Of a stretch of DNA of 64,000 bases, positions 52,117 through 62,332 are shown in pieces. The translations under genes were made by a program, and so were the position numbers. Each line of letters opens with the position of its first letter. Within the stretch, counting starts at the first letter, position 1. The notes beneath the pieces were generated by a model that was not told the DNA's origin, did no database searches, and saw only the letters and a program-made list of their open reading frames with translations. Source of the stretch: Protoeuglena noctilucae (taxonomy: Eukaryota); contig OY253687.1 in NCBI GenBank assembly GCA_958009085.1, positions 434,001 through 498,000 of the forward strand, read 5' to 3'.

Positions 52117-54893
52117 ATGCAGCCGTCCTTTCAAGCGTCTGGACTTCGCCGGCGAGCGCCGCACACTCCCGCCATGCTGCAACCGCGGCCTGGCGCCTCC
52201 CAGGTGCCCCGCGCGGCCCGCGTCCGGGCGCACGGCGCCAACGTGCTGCCGGGGCCGGGCATCGCGCCCTGGCTCGCCTCCAGGGGCGCCGACCACGGCG
52301 CGCACCTCGTCGCCCCCGACGGCACCGGCGTGCCGCCCTCCGCGGTGCCCTGCAACACCCTCGTCGTGCGCGTTGGCCGATCGCGCGTCGTGGCCGTGCT
52401 CCTCGAGGCCGCCGCCCGCCTGGACGCCGGGGCCGTCGCCAGGCACCTGGGTCTCAGCCGCGACAGGGCCGCGCTGGTGCCGGAGGATGCCCTCGTCGCG
52501 CTGACGGAGTGCCAGGTGCGAAGGCGGTCGTGTTGCGACGACAGCAAGAATCTGCTGCAGCTCTGCCAAGGATCGCCGGGTCCGACCAAGCCCCCCGCAT
52601 CCTCGCCTCCTCGCAGCCCGGCGTGGTGCCCCCTCTCGGCCACGCGTCCTCCCTGCCCATCCTGGTCGACACGGCCCTCATCAGCTGCCCCGCCATCCTG
52701 TGCGGGTCTGGCGACCCCTCCCACCACCTCCTCCTCTCGTGCGACGACCTCCTCACCCTCGCTCCGGACACCACCGGTGGGCAGGCTGCGTCACCATGCG
52801 TGCCCTCATCGCCTCATCGTGGAGTACCACTCCACTTCCATCCGTCCCAAGCTTTACGCTCCCAACCCCCCCACCTAAGCCTCACTCGGTGCCCCTCAGC
52901 CCCCCTCCCCGCAGTCGCGCCCCTCACCACCTGGAGCTCGCTTGTCCCCTGCGACCCACCGCCCCCACGCCCCGCCTCTCCGGCCTCAACCCCGGCCGCG
53001 TCCACGAGCACCGCACTGCCGGCAGACACCCCTGTCGAGCTCCTGGCGAGGGTGGCCTCAGCGCGGCGCTTGGCGAAACGCCTCCTTTTTGCCACCGTGA
53101 CGCCGTCCTCGGCGCCTCTCCCAGACACCGGGGACCACGGAGCCACAGCACTGTGGCTGGTCCCGGGTGTGACCGCGCCATGCTCGGTGCAGCTCATCAT
53201 GGGTAAAACCCTCGAAGCGAAGCTGGGCGGGCCGGAAGTGGAGGCGTTCCTGTCTCGGATCCGCCGCGGCGTCGCTCTGCGGGTGCGGGGCGTGGTGAAG
53301 GGGGAGCGTGCGCGGTCAGGCAGGGCGCGGGCGTCGGAGCCGGCGGTGGATGCGGTGGCGGCGGAGGTGGAGGTGCTGGAGGAGTGGGCGGTAGGCGAGG
53401 GCGGTGGGACCGCGACGAAGTCTGCGGTTCTCGGAGGGGGCAGTTTGGCCGGGGGCGGGGCAGGGCAGAGCGAGAGGCGTCTGGTGGAGCTCCTTTGCGA
53501 CGCTGGCGGAGGTGCGTGTGCGTGCGTAGCTATGCCGGGCACCTGCCCCAGCTTCTCTTTTCTGTACCCGCACGCGCACCCGCACCTGCACCCACACCCA
53601 TTCGCAGTGGATTCGGCCGTGATCCCCGAGCCAGACGCCGTGGCGAGGGTCGTTACGCGAGCGGCAGCGAGGAAAGCGGCCTTTCAAGACAAGAAGGGGC
53701 GGAAGGACGTGCGGGGGACCGCGTCCGACACGCCAAGCCCGGCGGCGTTCTGGCAGTGCACTCTGCCAGAGACCAGCATTGTCGTGGTGGACAACGTCCC
53801 TAAGCTGCTGGCTTGCTGGGCGCAAGTCACGGGCGATGCAGGGAGCGAGGAGATCAGGAATGAGCGACAAGCCAGGGCGCGCGAGGCGCAGTCCACGTCG
53901 GCTCCTGCGCACGTGTGCGGGGTGGACGCGGAGTGGGACCCGTACGGTCCCTCCCTGCCCCGCACCCCCGTGAGCCTGCTCCAGCTCAGCACGCGCGACC
54001 GGTGCTTCGTCCTCGACCTCCTCGCCCTCTGCCGGTCGCCCCACGCACGCATCACGGACAAGGCGAGTCGCCCCATGTAGCACTGCCTTGAATGCCGCGC
54101 TGCTAGTACCCGCAACCGCCCAGTCATCTGACCGCTCCCGAGTCAATGGGGCTCCCCGCAGGGCTCGGAACCGGTCGAGCTGCCCGAGGACGTGACGGCC
54201 CTCTCCGACACGCTGACTCAGCTGACTCAGGCCGGGGGAAGCCCCGGGTCCCTGACAGCGCGGGGCCTCACCGTGCCAGAGCACGTCCTCAGCGCGGTCC
54301 TGTCCAACATCTGGGCCCGCCCGGACGTCGCGGTTCTCGGCTTCGGCCTCGCCTACGACCTCACGCGGTTCCACTGCTCCTACCCGCACCTCCCCTGCTG
54401 CGGGGGCGCGGGGCGGGTCGTGGGGTCAAGCGTCCCGGGCGTCCCCGCAGCTACCCTCGGCATGCAGGCGTTTGAGGCTCCCACGCCGCCCCCGCTGCGC
54501 ACCCACGTGGATGTCCTGGCGCTCGCCCGGCTCTGCTCGCGGCCCCTGGCGGCCACGCAGCGCGTGTCGCTGTCGCGCGTGTGTCAGCGGATGCTGGGGC
54601 GCCCGCTGGACAAGTCCCAGCAGTGCTCCCGGTGGTCCTCGCGGCCGCTGTCGCCGGAGCAGCTCCGGTACGCCGCCTGCGACGCGCACGTTCTGACGGC
54701 CGTGTTTGACAAGTGCTTGCAAGTGGGGCTCAAGCCACCCTCGCGCGGCTGGAAATGGCTCGCTGCAAACGTGGGGGTCCATCGGTCGGCTTTTGCGGAT
54801 GAGAGCCAGGCTGCGCCACCGCCGCGGCACGCTTTCACCCGATGGGCGACACAACGGTGGGGTCAGCACCAGCGTCGGTGCGCCAGTCGCTAG
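52117..54893 (+). CDS. YbaK/tRNA-editing-like domain + OB-fold-like domain + Mut-7/EXD3-like DEDDy 3'-5' exonuclease fusion, with probable transit peptide
   Basis: CNTLVV...RLDAGAVARHLG...ECQ/PGVVPPLGH...ILVDTAL...CGSG (YbaK-like); VELLARVASARRLAKRLLFATV...VQLI...LRVRGVV (OB-like); GVDAEW, LLQLST, LGRPLDKSQQCSRWSSRPLSPEQLRYAACDA (exonuclease). Confidence 0.82.
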
Positions 54894-55251
54894 ACAGCAA
54901 GAAGTGAGACAGAGGCCTCTCCCGAACTCTGTGGCATCTGGAGCTGTGAGCTGCTGCGTCCGTCTGCTCTCGCAGGACCCACGGCGGCTGTCGCGCCACA
55001 GCGGTATGTGGTTTGGGAGGAGCCCCGCTGACCGTCTAGTGTCAGTCATAGCGTGTGCGTTGATATCCATAACTTTCTCCGCTGCACAAGCGGCGTTCCC
55101 GTTCCTTATCAGAGGGCTGGACTGCCGTGCCCCCAAGCGGGGAGGCAGAAGAACTTGGGTTGGATTCTGTTGTCAGAGCCACAGTAGCACTACTCACAGC
55201 ACTACTAACCGCCCAGTACATGGGAACTCGAGGCACGTGTGCGTGTGTCAT

Positions 55252-57583
55252 GATGAGCGATTCAACAGACGAGAGGTGCTGTGACTCTCAGAGACACGCC
55301 TTGCGGCAGCTAACACCCCGCAGTTTCCATTGCTGCAGTGTTCATAGCACTCAGACCCGCCCCGCTAGGTTTGCTAGGTCTCCCCACCCTAAGGCAAAGG
55401 GGTTGCTCACCCCTAGCCCCCTCGCTGCGCCCGAAGGCAGAATCGCCGTCCCAGAGTGGGACGATGCAGCCGCGGGGGCCCTCCGTGGAGACCCCCGGGC
55501 GTCTATTACAAAAGGTGAGGCCGAGGCTAATGACGATCTGTGTAGCTTATGTGCGGCCAATCATGACATCCCCCGCTCCCTACCCTCCTCCCCTCCTCCT
55601 CAGGCGGCCCGGCTGCTCGCCCACCCGGCCATGCTGCCCCGGACGCGAGGGCGGTGGGGGCGGTCCGAACGCAGACGGCGTTCCTTGGGGGGCGCAGCGT
55701 TGCCCCTGGGCGCCCCGCTCGCCCACGCTGCGCCCCTGAGGGCCGGCTGCCTCTCATGTGGACCGCCCCAGACCGCCCCACTCCGGGTGCGTGCGCCGGC
55801 ACAACCCACTCGGGCGCCCCCACGCGCCCAGATGACCTTGGCCCACCCCACACTCCGCGCACCCGCGCGGGCCTGCCTCGCGCCCGTTGCCCCCCACACA
55901 CCCGACACCCCTGTGTCGCCCAGCCCATGCCCACCCACACCATTCGATGCCCCTTGTGTTACTCTCGCCGCCACCGCTCGCTCTTGCCGCGCTGCCATCG
56001 CGCCCGCCCCCAAAAGCCCGCTGCCCTGCTGTGTGTCGCGCGAGGGGTCGCCCCCGCCAGCGCCACCATGCCGGGCGCCAGCACCCCACGCCGTCCGTTG
56101 CTCTCCTGCAGGGCCTCCTCAGCAGACTCCCAAAGACAGGCCCTCCGGCCCCGCTTGTGCTCCCACTCTCCCCGCCTCGTCGCAGCCACGCTGCTCTCTT
56201 AGCTTGTTGCGGGGCTGGTCTCTCACGTCGGCCGAAGCCCAGGCGACGCGCTGGCGACCCCCACGCGGACCCACCCGACCAGCGCCAGAGCCCCTGAAGG
56301 ACCACGGGCGGGGAGGCCACGCGGCACGCGCAGCACCGTGGGTGTGCTGGGCACGCCGCAACGGCGACGGAGCAGACGCCCCACGGGTGAGCGCTGGCGG
56401 CTGTGGGACACCAAGGGCCTGCGATGCATGGCTGCAAAGGGCTAGGGTGAGGCAAGGGTGCGTGTGCGCGTCCGTCTGGGCCTGTTGTCAGGGGATTGCG
56501 GTGACAGTGTGCGTGATAGAGGTGGGTGCTGTCGGGAATCCAGACCTGCGGCTGGCAAAGAGGGTGGTCGTGGCGGGATGTGAGGAGGGCTGTGCGTGAT
56601 TGAGGGGAGGTCGGGAGGTGCGGATGCTGTGCTGGGTCAGTGTGTGGGGGCTTGGTGCGCGAGTAGGGTGTGGCGCGTGGGGCTGGTAGTATGGGTGGTG
56701 CGAGATGATGCGTGCCGAGCTGAGAGGTGATGCATGTGGGGAGGCCATATGAGAGGGGAGAGAGGAATGTGGTCGTGTGCACACGTGTGCAATGTGGGTG
56801 GTGCGTGGTTAGTGAGGAAAAGGGATGCTGAGCGGGGAGGTCGTGAGGAGAGCGCCAAGGTGTGTGTATAGTGGAGGGTTGTGTGTGGTTTGATCGGAAA
56901 AGGCACCTACCTGTTAGCTGCGGGCATGGACGGGGCTGCGTGGCATGCGGGTTAGTGTTGCTGGGGCAGGGTGCGTGTGCAGTGTGATGTGGGGGGTGGA
57001 AAGTGTGTGTCATAGGAAGGCAGTGGGCTGGCTTAGGGACCTGGTGGGAGCAATGCGGTCGGGTGGATGTGGGAGTAATGCAGATTGGGGTGGGGTGGCA
57101 TGGCCGGCTGCGGGGCAGGTGAGGAGAAGGCGTGTGGGTAAAGCTGTCGGGTGTGCGTCCGCGAACCTGCGAGGCATGCGAGAGATGGGGTGTGTAGGCG
57201 AAGAAGCCCTTGGTGTCCCGAGCGCCGGCACCCTCCCCGTGAGACGCCCGCCCCTGCCACCACGGCGCGCCCCGCGCCCCTGCGGCTGCGCGTGCATCGC
57301 GTGGACCCCCCGCCCGCGGCCCCTCTCAGGCTCCGGCTCCGGCCAGACGGCCCAGGGGGTCGCTGATGGCGCCGCCGTGCAGTACTCCAGCCCACATCAT
57401 CCTGGGTGCAGGGGAGCTTGTTTTAGCCGGCAGACGGGCTCTCCCGTAGATGCCCAGTGTGGCCGTGGTTGCTCCAGTGGGCAGGGGCGCCGGCGCCGGA
57501 ACGAGCAGCCCGAAGGCCACCCGTTTGGCGCCGGCGCCCCGGCCCGAATGTCGTGGGGTGATGGCGCGCTGCGAATGATGAGG
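55252..57583. repeat. Copy 2 of the 43441-46388 repeat, with deletions and no LINE ORF
   Basis: Colinear alignment by eye; lacks the 22-bp array and the ~170 bp at 44675-44845. Confidence 0.9.
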
Positions 57584-57730
57584 AGGTCAGGAGGTCCAGG
57601 GCCGCCTCGTACACGAAGCAGGGATTCAGAGCTTAGCCCGGTGTGGTGCATGTCATGGGCCGGTCACAAGCTGTGGCGGCGCCAGTGCTGGAGTGCGCCA
57701 TGAGCGACGGTGAAGAGTGAGCGGAGCCGG

Positions 57731-57786
57731 CGAACCCAGGGCCTTCCGCATGCAAAGCGGACGCAATACCATTTTGCTACACCCCC
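57731..57786 (-). pseudogene. 3'-truncated tRNA-Ala(UGC) copy
   Basis: Matches 51916-51971 with one substitution, breaks after GGTTCG in the T-loop; the last 16 nt and half of the B box are missing. Confidence 0.9.
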
Positions 57787-57931
57787 ATCGGACCCGAACC
57801 CGCGACGTCTCGGACGCCCGCCCCTGCCGCTGGCAGCAGGGGGCGGGCGCCCCGCCGTGCCTCGCCCCGCTCAACCGCGGGGTATAAGAGAGGCCCGGGG
57901 GTCTCTGCCAGCGTCTGGCGCTTCGTCACCG

Positions 57932-58360
57932 ATGCAGCCGTCCTTTCAAGCGTCTGGACTTCGCCGGCGAGCGCCGCACACTCCCGCCATGCTGCAACCG
58001 CGGCCTGGCGCCTCCCAGGTGCCCCGCGCGGCCCGCGTCCGGGCGCACGGCGCCAACGTGCTGCCGGGGCCGGGCATCGCGCCCTGGCTCGCCTCCAGGG
58101 GCGCCGACCACGGCGCGCACCTCGTCGCCCCCGACGGCACCGGCGTGCCGCCCTCCGCGGTGCCCTGCAACACCCTCGTCGTGCGCGTTGGCCGATCGCG
58201 CGTCGTGGCCGTGCTCCTCGAGGCCGCCGCCCGCCTGGACGCCGGGGCCGTCGCCAGGCACCTGGGTCTCAGCCGCGACAGGGCCGCGCTGGTGCCGGAG
58301 GATGCCCTCGTCGCGCTGACGGAGTGCCAGGTGCGAAGGCGGTCGTGTTGCGACGACAGC
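57932..58360 (+). pseudogene. Truncated duplicate of exon 1 of the YbaK-exonuclease gene
   Basis: Identical MQPSFQASG...LTECQ exon and donor site; homology stops ~30 bp into intron 1. Confidence 0.85.
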
Positions 58361-58439
58361 TACCACGCTAGTGGTCCGCCGCAGCCACACTGGTCGCGTG
58401 TCATTAAAACCTGCGTCTTCGTGCCCACACTCCCGGGAC

Positions 58440-59469
58440 CTAGGCGTCCCACCCCCGCCGCTTGCAGTGGACCCTGGCCAAGTCTGCGCCGACGGAAACC
58501 AGCAGCACTTGCGCCACCCATGGTCAGCTTAGGGTCAGGGACGAACATCGCCCCGTGAGTCTCACCTGCCATGTAGTCTCCGCTACCCTGCGCGTAGGTC
58601 GTGCCCACCGCCCGCAGCATGGACGTCTGGGCCTCGTCCGCGTTCCCATGACCCTCGTGCCACAGCGCGTGGTACAGCAGCGCGTAGAAGCACTGCCCGC
58701 CGTCACTGTCCTGCCCCGCCGCCGCCAGGATGTCCTCGGGGTCTCCGCGCTCCCCAAACACCCGGTACGCCTCCCGCATGACGGGCCGCGGGTCCCGCCC
58801 CACCCGCAGCATGGCCTCCGTCGCCCGCTCGGGCCCCACAATCTGGGCCTCGGACAGCCACGCCCAGATCGACTCCTCTGCGTGGAGGTGATGCAGATGA
58901 GGTCCAGCTCAGGGTGTGAATCCTCACCCTGAACTACCAACTGCACCACGCAACCTGCTAAGCCTGCTTGTCACCCGTGTCATTGGGGTTGACGGCCACG
59001 TCATCCCGGAACTGCCGCGCGGCCTCCTCGTACCGCCCCAGATAGTACAGGCTCAGGCCCCGCTGCCACATGTAAGGGTGCAGGGACGGGCGCAGCTGCA
59101 CCGCACGATCAAAGAGCTCCACAGACGTCTCGACTCGGTTCTCACGGAACGCCTGCATGCCGTCCCGGACCAGCTTCTGGGGATCCTCAGGACCCGCAGC
59201 GTAGGCAGCGCCTACGGCCGCGACCAGGCCCATGGCCGAAACGCCTCCGACCTGCGGGGCATAGCGGGGAGCGGGTCACAGAAGAGCGAAGAGCTTGTCC
59301 TGAGCTGCTCAGGGCAGAGCGAGAGGATCACCAAGTGTGCCGTCTGAAGAGCCAGGGCTCCGCGCCGCGACGCCTGCCGCAGAAGGCGCGGAGAGGCCCC
59401 CCGCGCGGATTGATAGGGAAGTCGTGGTCGGCTCTCGCAAAGGACGGTTGCCGCGGCCGCGCAGGCCAT
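58440..59469 (-). CDS. Plastid-targeted TPR protein (NlpI-like family of plants and cyanobacteria)
   Basis: PYMWQRGLSLYY, QFRDDVAVNPNDT/EESIW, GRDPRPVMREAY, ends LARVHCKRRGWDA*. Confidence 0.88.
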
Positions 59470-59709
59470 TTTATGCGAGCAGCGCGGGCCGATGCTTCTC
59501 CTTTGCCTGTTCGGCACGCGATCCCATCTCGCTCTGGCAGCAGAGCGCGAGGTGGCGCGGGTCTGGAGGGGCACAACCCCGCCAGTCCGTCGTCAGATCG
59601 CGCCAACAGCCCAGGAAGCGAGCGCGGGAGGACCTCGTCGCCACGTCCTTGTGCGCGAACGTTGTCGCAACGCATCGGAGCTGGGCATCGCGGTTGTCAG
59701 CGCGTGCCC

Positions 59710-61811
59710 ATGTCCGGGGCCCCTCTCAAGCGGTGCATCCGCCTTGTGGCGTGTTGGCTGGCCCGCAACGAGCTCCTAGGAGGCCCCGTCGCCAGCTCGT
59801 CTACTTGTGAAAGCGCATGGCAGGCGGCATCGAGGAGGTTCTTTGGCGCGAAGCACCAGGCGAACGGCAGCTGCGACCCATCGAGCACTTCCCTGTCCCG
59901 TGCCAGGAGCGGCACCCCGCGCGACGCTCCGCCTGCGCTCGCTCCCGCAGTTCCTCAAACGGAAGCCGACGCTCCGGGACCGCGCGCAGCTCTTCCGCGA
60001 TACGGACGCCGGGGCAAGAGCCCTCGAGAGGTGCCTGCCGTGCTGCTTGCCTCTGATACTCGGCACGCCGACCCCGCTGGCCACCGCAAGCTTTCCGCTG
60101 CACGCAGGCAGCTCACCGCGGTCGACCCGCGGGACCGCGCTGCCGTCTCGGAGCTCCTGAACCCTCCCACGGAGCGCGAGCGCAAGCGGGCGGCCCGGGT
60201 CAAATTGGCTTTGGACACGGCGCTGCTGGGCGACCACCGCCTGCGCACGCAGCTCGTCGCGTCCACCGGCTTCAGCGTCCGGGCCGTGCGGATGCGCAGC
60301 GACCTCGCCGCATGCGTGGTCACGTGGGGGTGCTACCCCGGTGCGGATGCCTGGGCCCGGTTGCCAGCCTGACTGCGCTCTCCCCGTGTGTCGCGCGCCG
60401 CGGTCGACAAGAGCGGAGAGTTTGCAATGTATCACCTTGCAAGACCTGTGACCTTGACTGCTCCTGTCGATCTCGCTGCAGGAGCACGGCCCCGTGCGGA
60501 AGCCGCGTTGGGCGCCTTGCGTGGCCGGGTCAAGTGGGCGGCAGCGCGCCTCATGCAGGGGCGTAGCATGCCGGACCTGGCCTTCTGCTTTGACGAGAAC
60601 GACGAGGTGGCGGCGAGGGCGGAAGCCGAGGCAGAGGAGGCGCAGGTGTGACGCGCAGAGTAGGGGACCGTAGGGAGAGCCTGTGACTCATTCTGTGTGC
60701 GGGTTGAGCTGGAGCGATGTTGTGTGTGGTATGTGCTTCACGATGCACGTCAGGTGTATCTGCGGCCTCTCTTCCCATGGTCTCCTCACCCCCATGTCGT
60801 CCCACAGAAGCTCCAAGCACGTTCGGGGGGCGTGGTCGTGCCGGGATGGGGCCGGGCGGTGACGGAGGAGGAGTCGGTGGCCGCGTGCGTCGCAGAGGAC
60901 ATGGGGGCTGCCCTCGTGCCAGAACCATGGGGCTCCACCCACCCGCCTGCGGAGGTGACGGTCGTAGTGGCCCCATCCCAACGGTCGCTTAGGATGTGTG
61001 CAGATATTGCGGAACTGTGGGATGACGGCGGGCGTCTGTCGAGCGAGTGTGTCTGGCGTGCAAGTGCGTGCGTGTGCATGTGTGTGTTGGCACACACTGC
61101 GACCTCTCTCGCGTTCGCAGATGCTGGCGATGGGCCTGCGCATCGAGGACGCGAGGCTGGTGCGGGACTTGGCGCCGTGGCAGCTCAAGACGTTGCACGA
61201 GGCTGTGATTGATGGTAATGAGGGCCAGGGCCAGGAGCAACGAGGGCAGGGCGGTGGCGGGGGTACCACCATGCTGGCTGAGATTGTCGCGGGTCGCAAG
61301 CGGCTGCACGGGGCTCTGGCGTCCATCGCAAAGGCCGAAGGGTGAGCTTGCAGTGGCATCTACTTTTGCAGCGGTGTGAGGCAGTGCCACTCTGTGCCGT
61401 GCGCCGACGGGGGTGTCAGTGCGGGCTGCCTGTCGTTCCATGCGCCGGCTCGGCATGTGTCAGTATGTATTCCCGACGGTTCATCAGTCAAGTATGCGAG
61501 GATGCACAACCACAGCAACGCGTCCGCTCTCACGACCGCCTAACTGCAGGGTACGCGTGCTGGGGGCGTTGATGGCGGCCAGGAGGGCAGTGCGGGAGGC
61601 AGAGTCGTGGGACGGCATTGGAGACGACGTGCTTGGCATCGACACCAATGCGGGCGATGAGGAAGGCCCTGCAGAAGACGCGGGGGTGTTGTCACGTGAA
61701 TCGAAACCGGGGCACCCGACCCCCTTGGACCGGGATGACAGAGACGCGGAGGCAGCCGTGCGGGACGTCTTGCGCGGCGCACTGCACGCAGACGTCTCGG
61801 TGAGGCCGTAG
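59710..61811 (+). CDS. Ribosome-binding factor A (RbfA)-like organellar protein, multi-exon
   Basis: SVRAVRMRSDLAACVVTW...LRGRVKWAAARLMQGRSMPDLAFCFD resembles the RbfA KH fold; long N-terminal extension. Confidence 0.65.
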
Positions 61812-62332
61812 GGCAATGTCGGTCGTGACTATCGTTGCGTCTGCTGCCATGCGCTGGGCTTGCTGGGTATGGAGGCATTGATGTGTGTTGGCACCCTCCC
61901 ACATGCAGGGAGAGCTGCGCAAGCTGCTTGGGGAGGGGTGGGTCAAGGCGCTGGAGAGGATTGCTGCAGATGGGAGTGAGCAGAGGCAAGGGGTCGCATC
62001 GATATCGCCCCTTGCCATAGCGGCAGTGAGGCCCTCGCAACGCCGCGCGTAGTTGGTGCATCCCTGCCCGAGCTCAAGAGTTCTCTTCATTCGACCTTCT
62101 CCACGATTCACTAGGCATGGAGCGGTACCACGAGCAGGGTTGTCCAGATTTTCGGAAGCAGCACATCGAACAGCGACAACCATGTCCAATTCCAATTCAG
62201 GCCACGCTGCTGCCAGCCGTTGCCACGCCCAAAGTCTGGCACAGTGGTCCCGAGCCACTCCCGTGCCGTCACTCCCATGCTACAATCTCGTCCCGGAGAG
62301 AGTCAGCATCTCGATGCCTCCAGTGAGCACCG

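Larger units (their letters stand above)
57731..58360. repeat. 630-bp direct duplication of 51916-52545 (tRNA 5' part, promoter, exon 1 of the YbaK-exonuclease gene)
   Basis: Constant offset of 5815 bp; only about 3 substitutions seen. Confidence 0.95.

Noticed and set aside
55127..57013. 490-aa (+) and 419-aa (-) ORFs in repeat copy 2
   Set aside because: Low-complexity translations of GC-rich repeat DNA; the frames are not preserved in copy 1
43441..57583. The two long repeats as LTRs of one element
   Set aside because: The RT is non-LTR type with an APE endonuclease, there is no integrase or gag, no TG..CA ends, and a host gene and tRNA lie between the copies
57584..57620. AALDL peptide similarity to the LINE ORF
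   Set aside because: Too short to support homology
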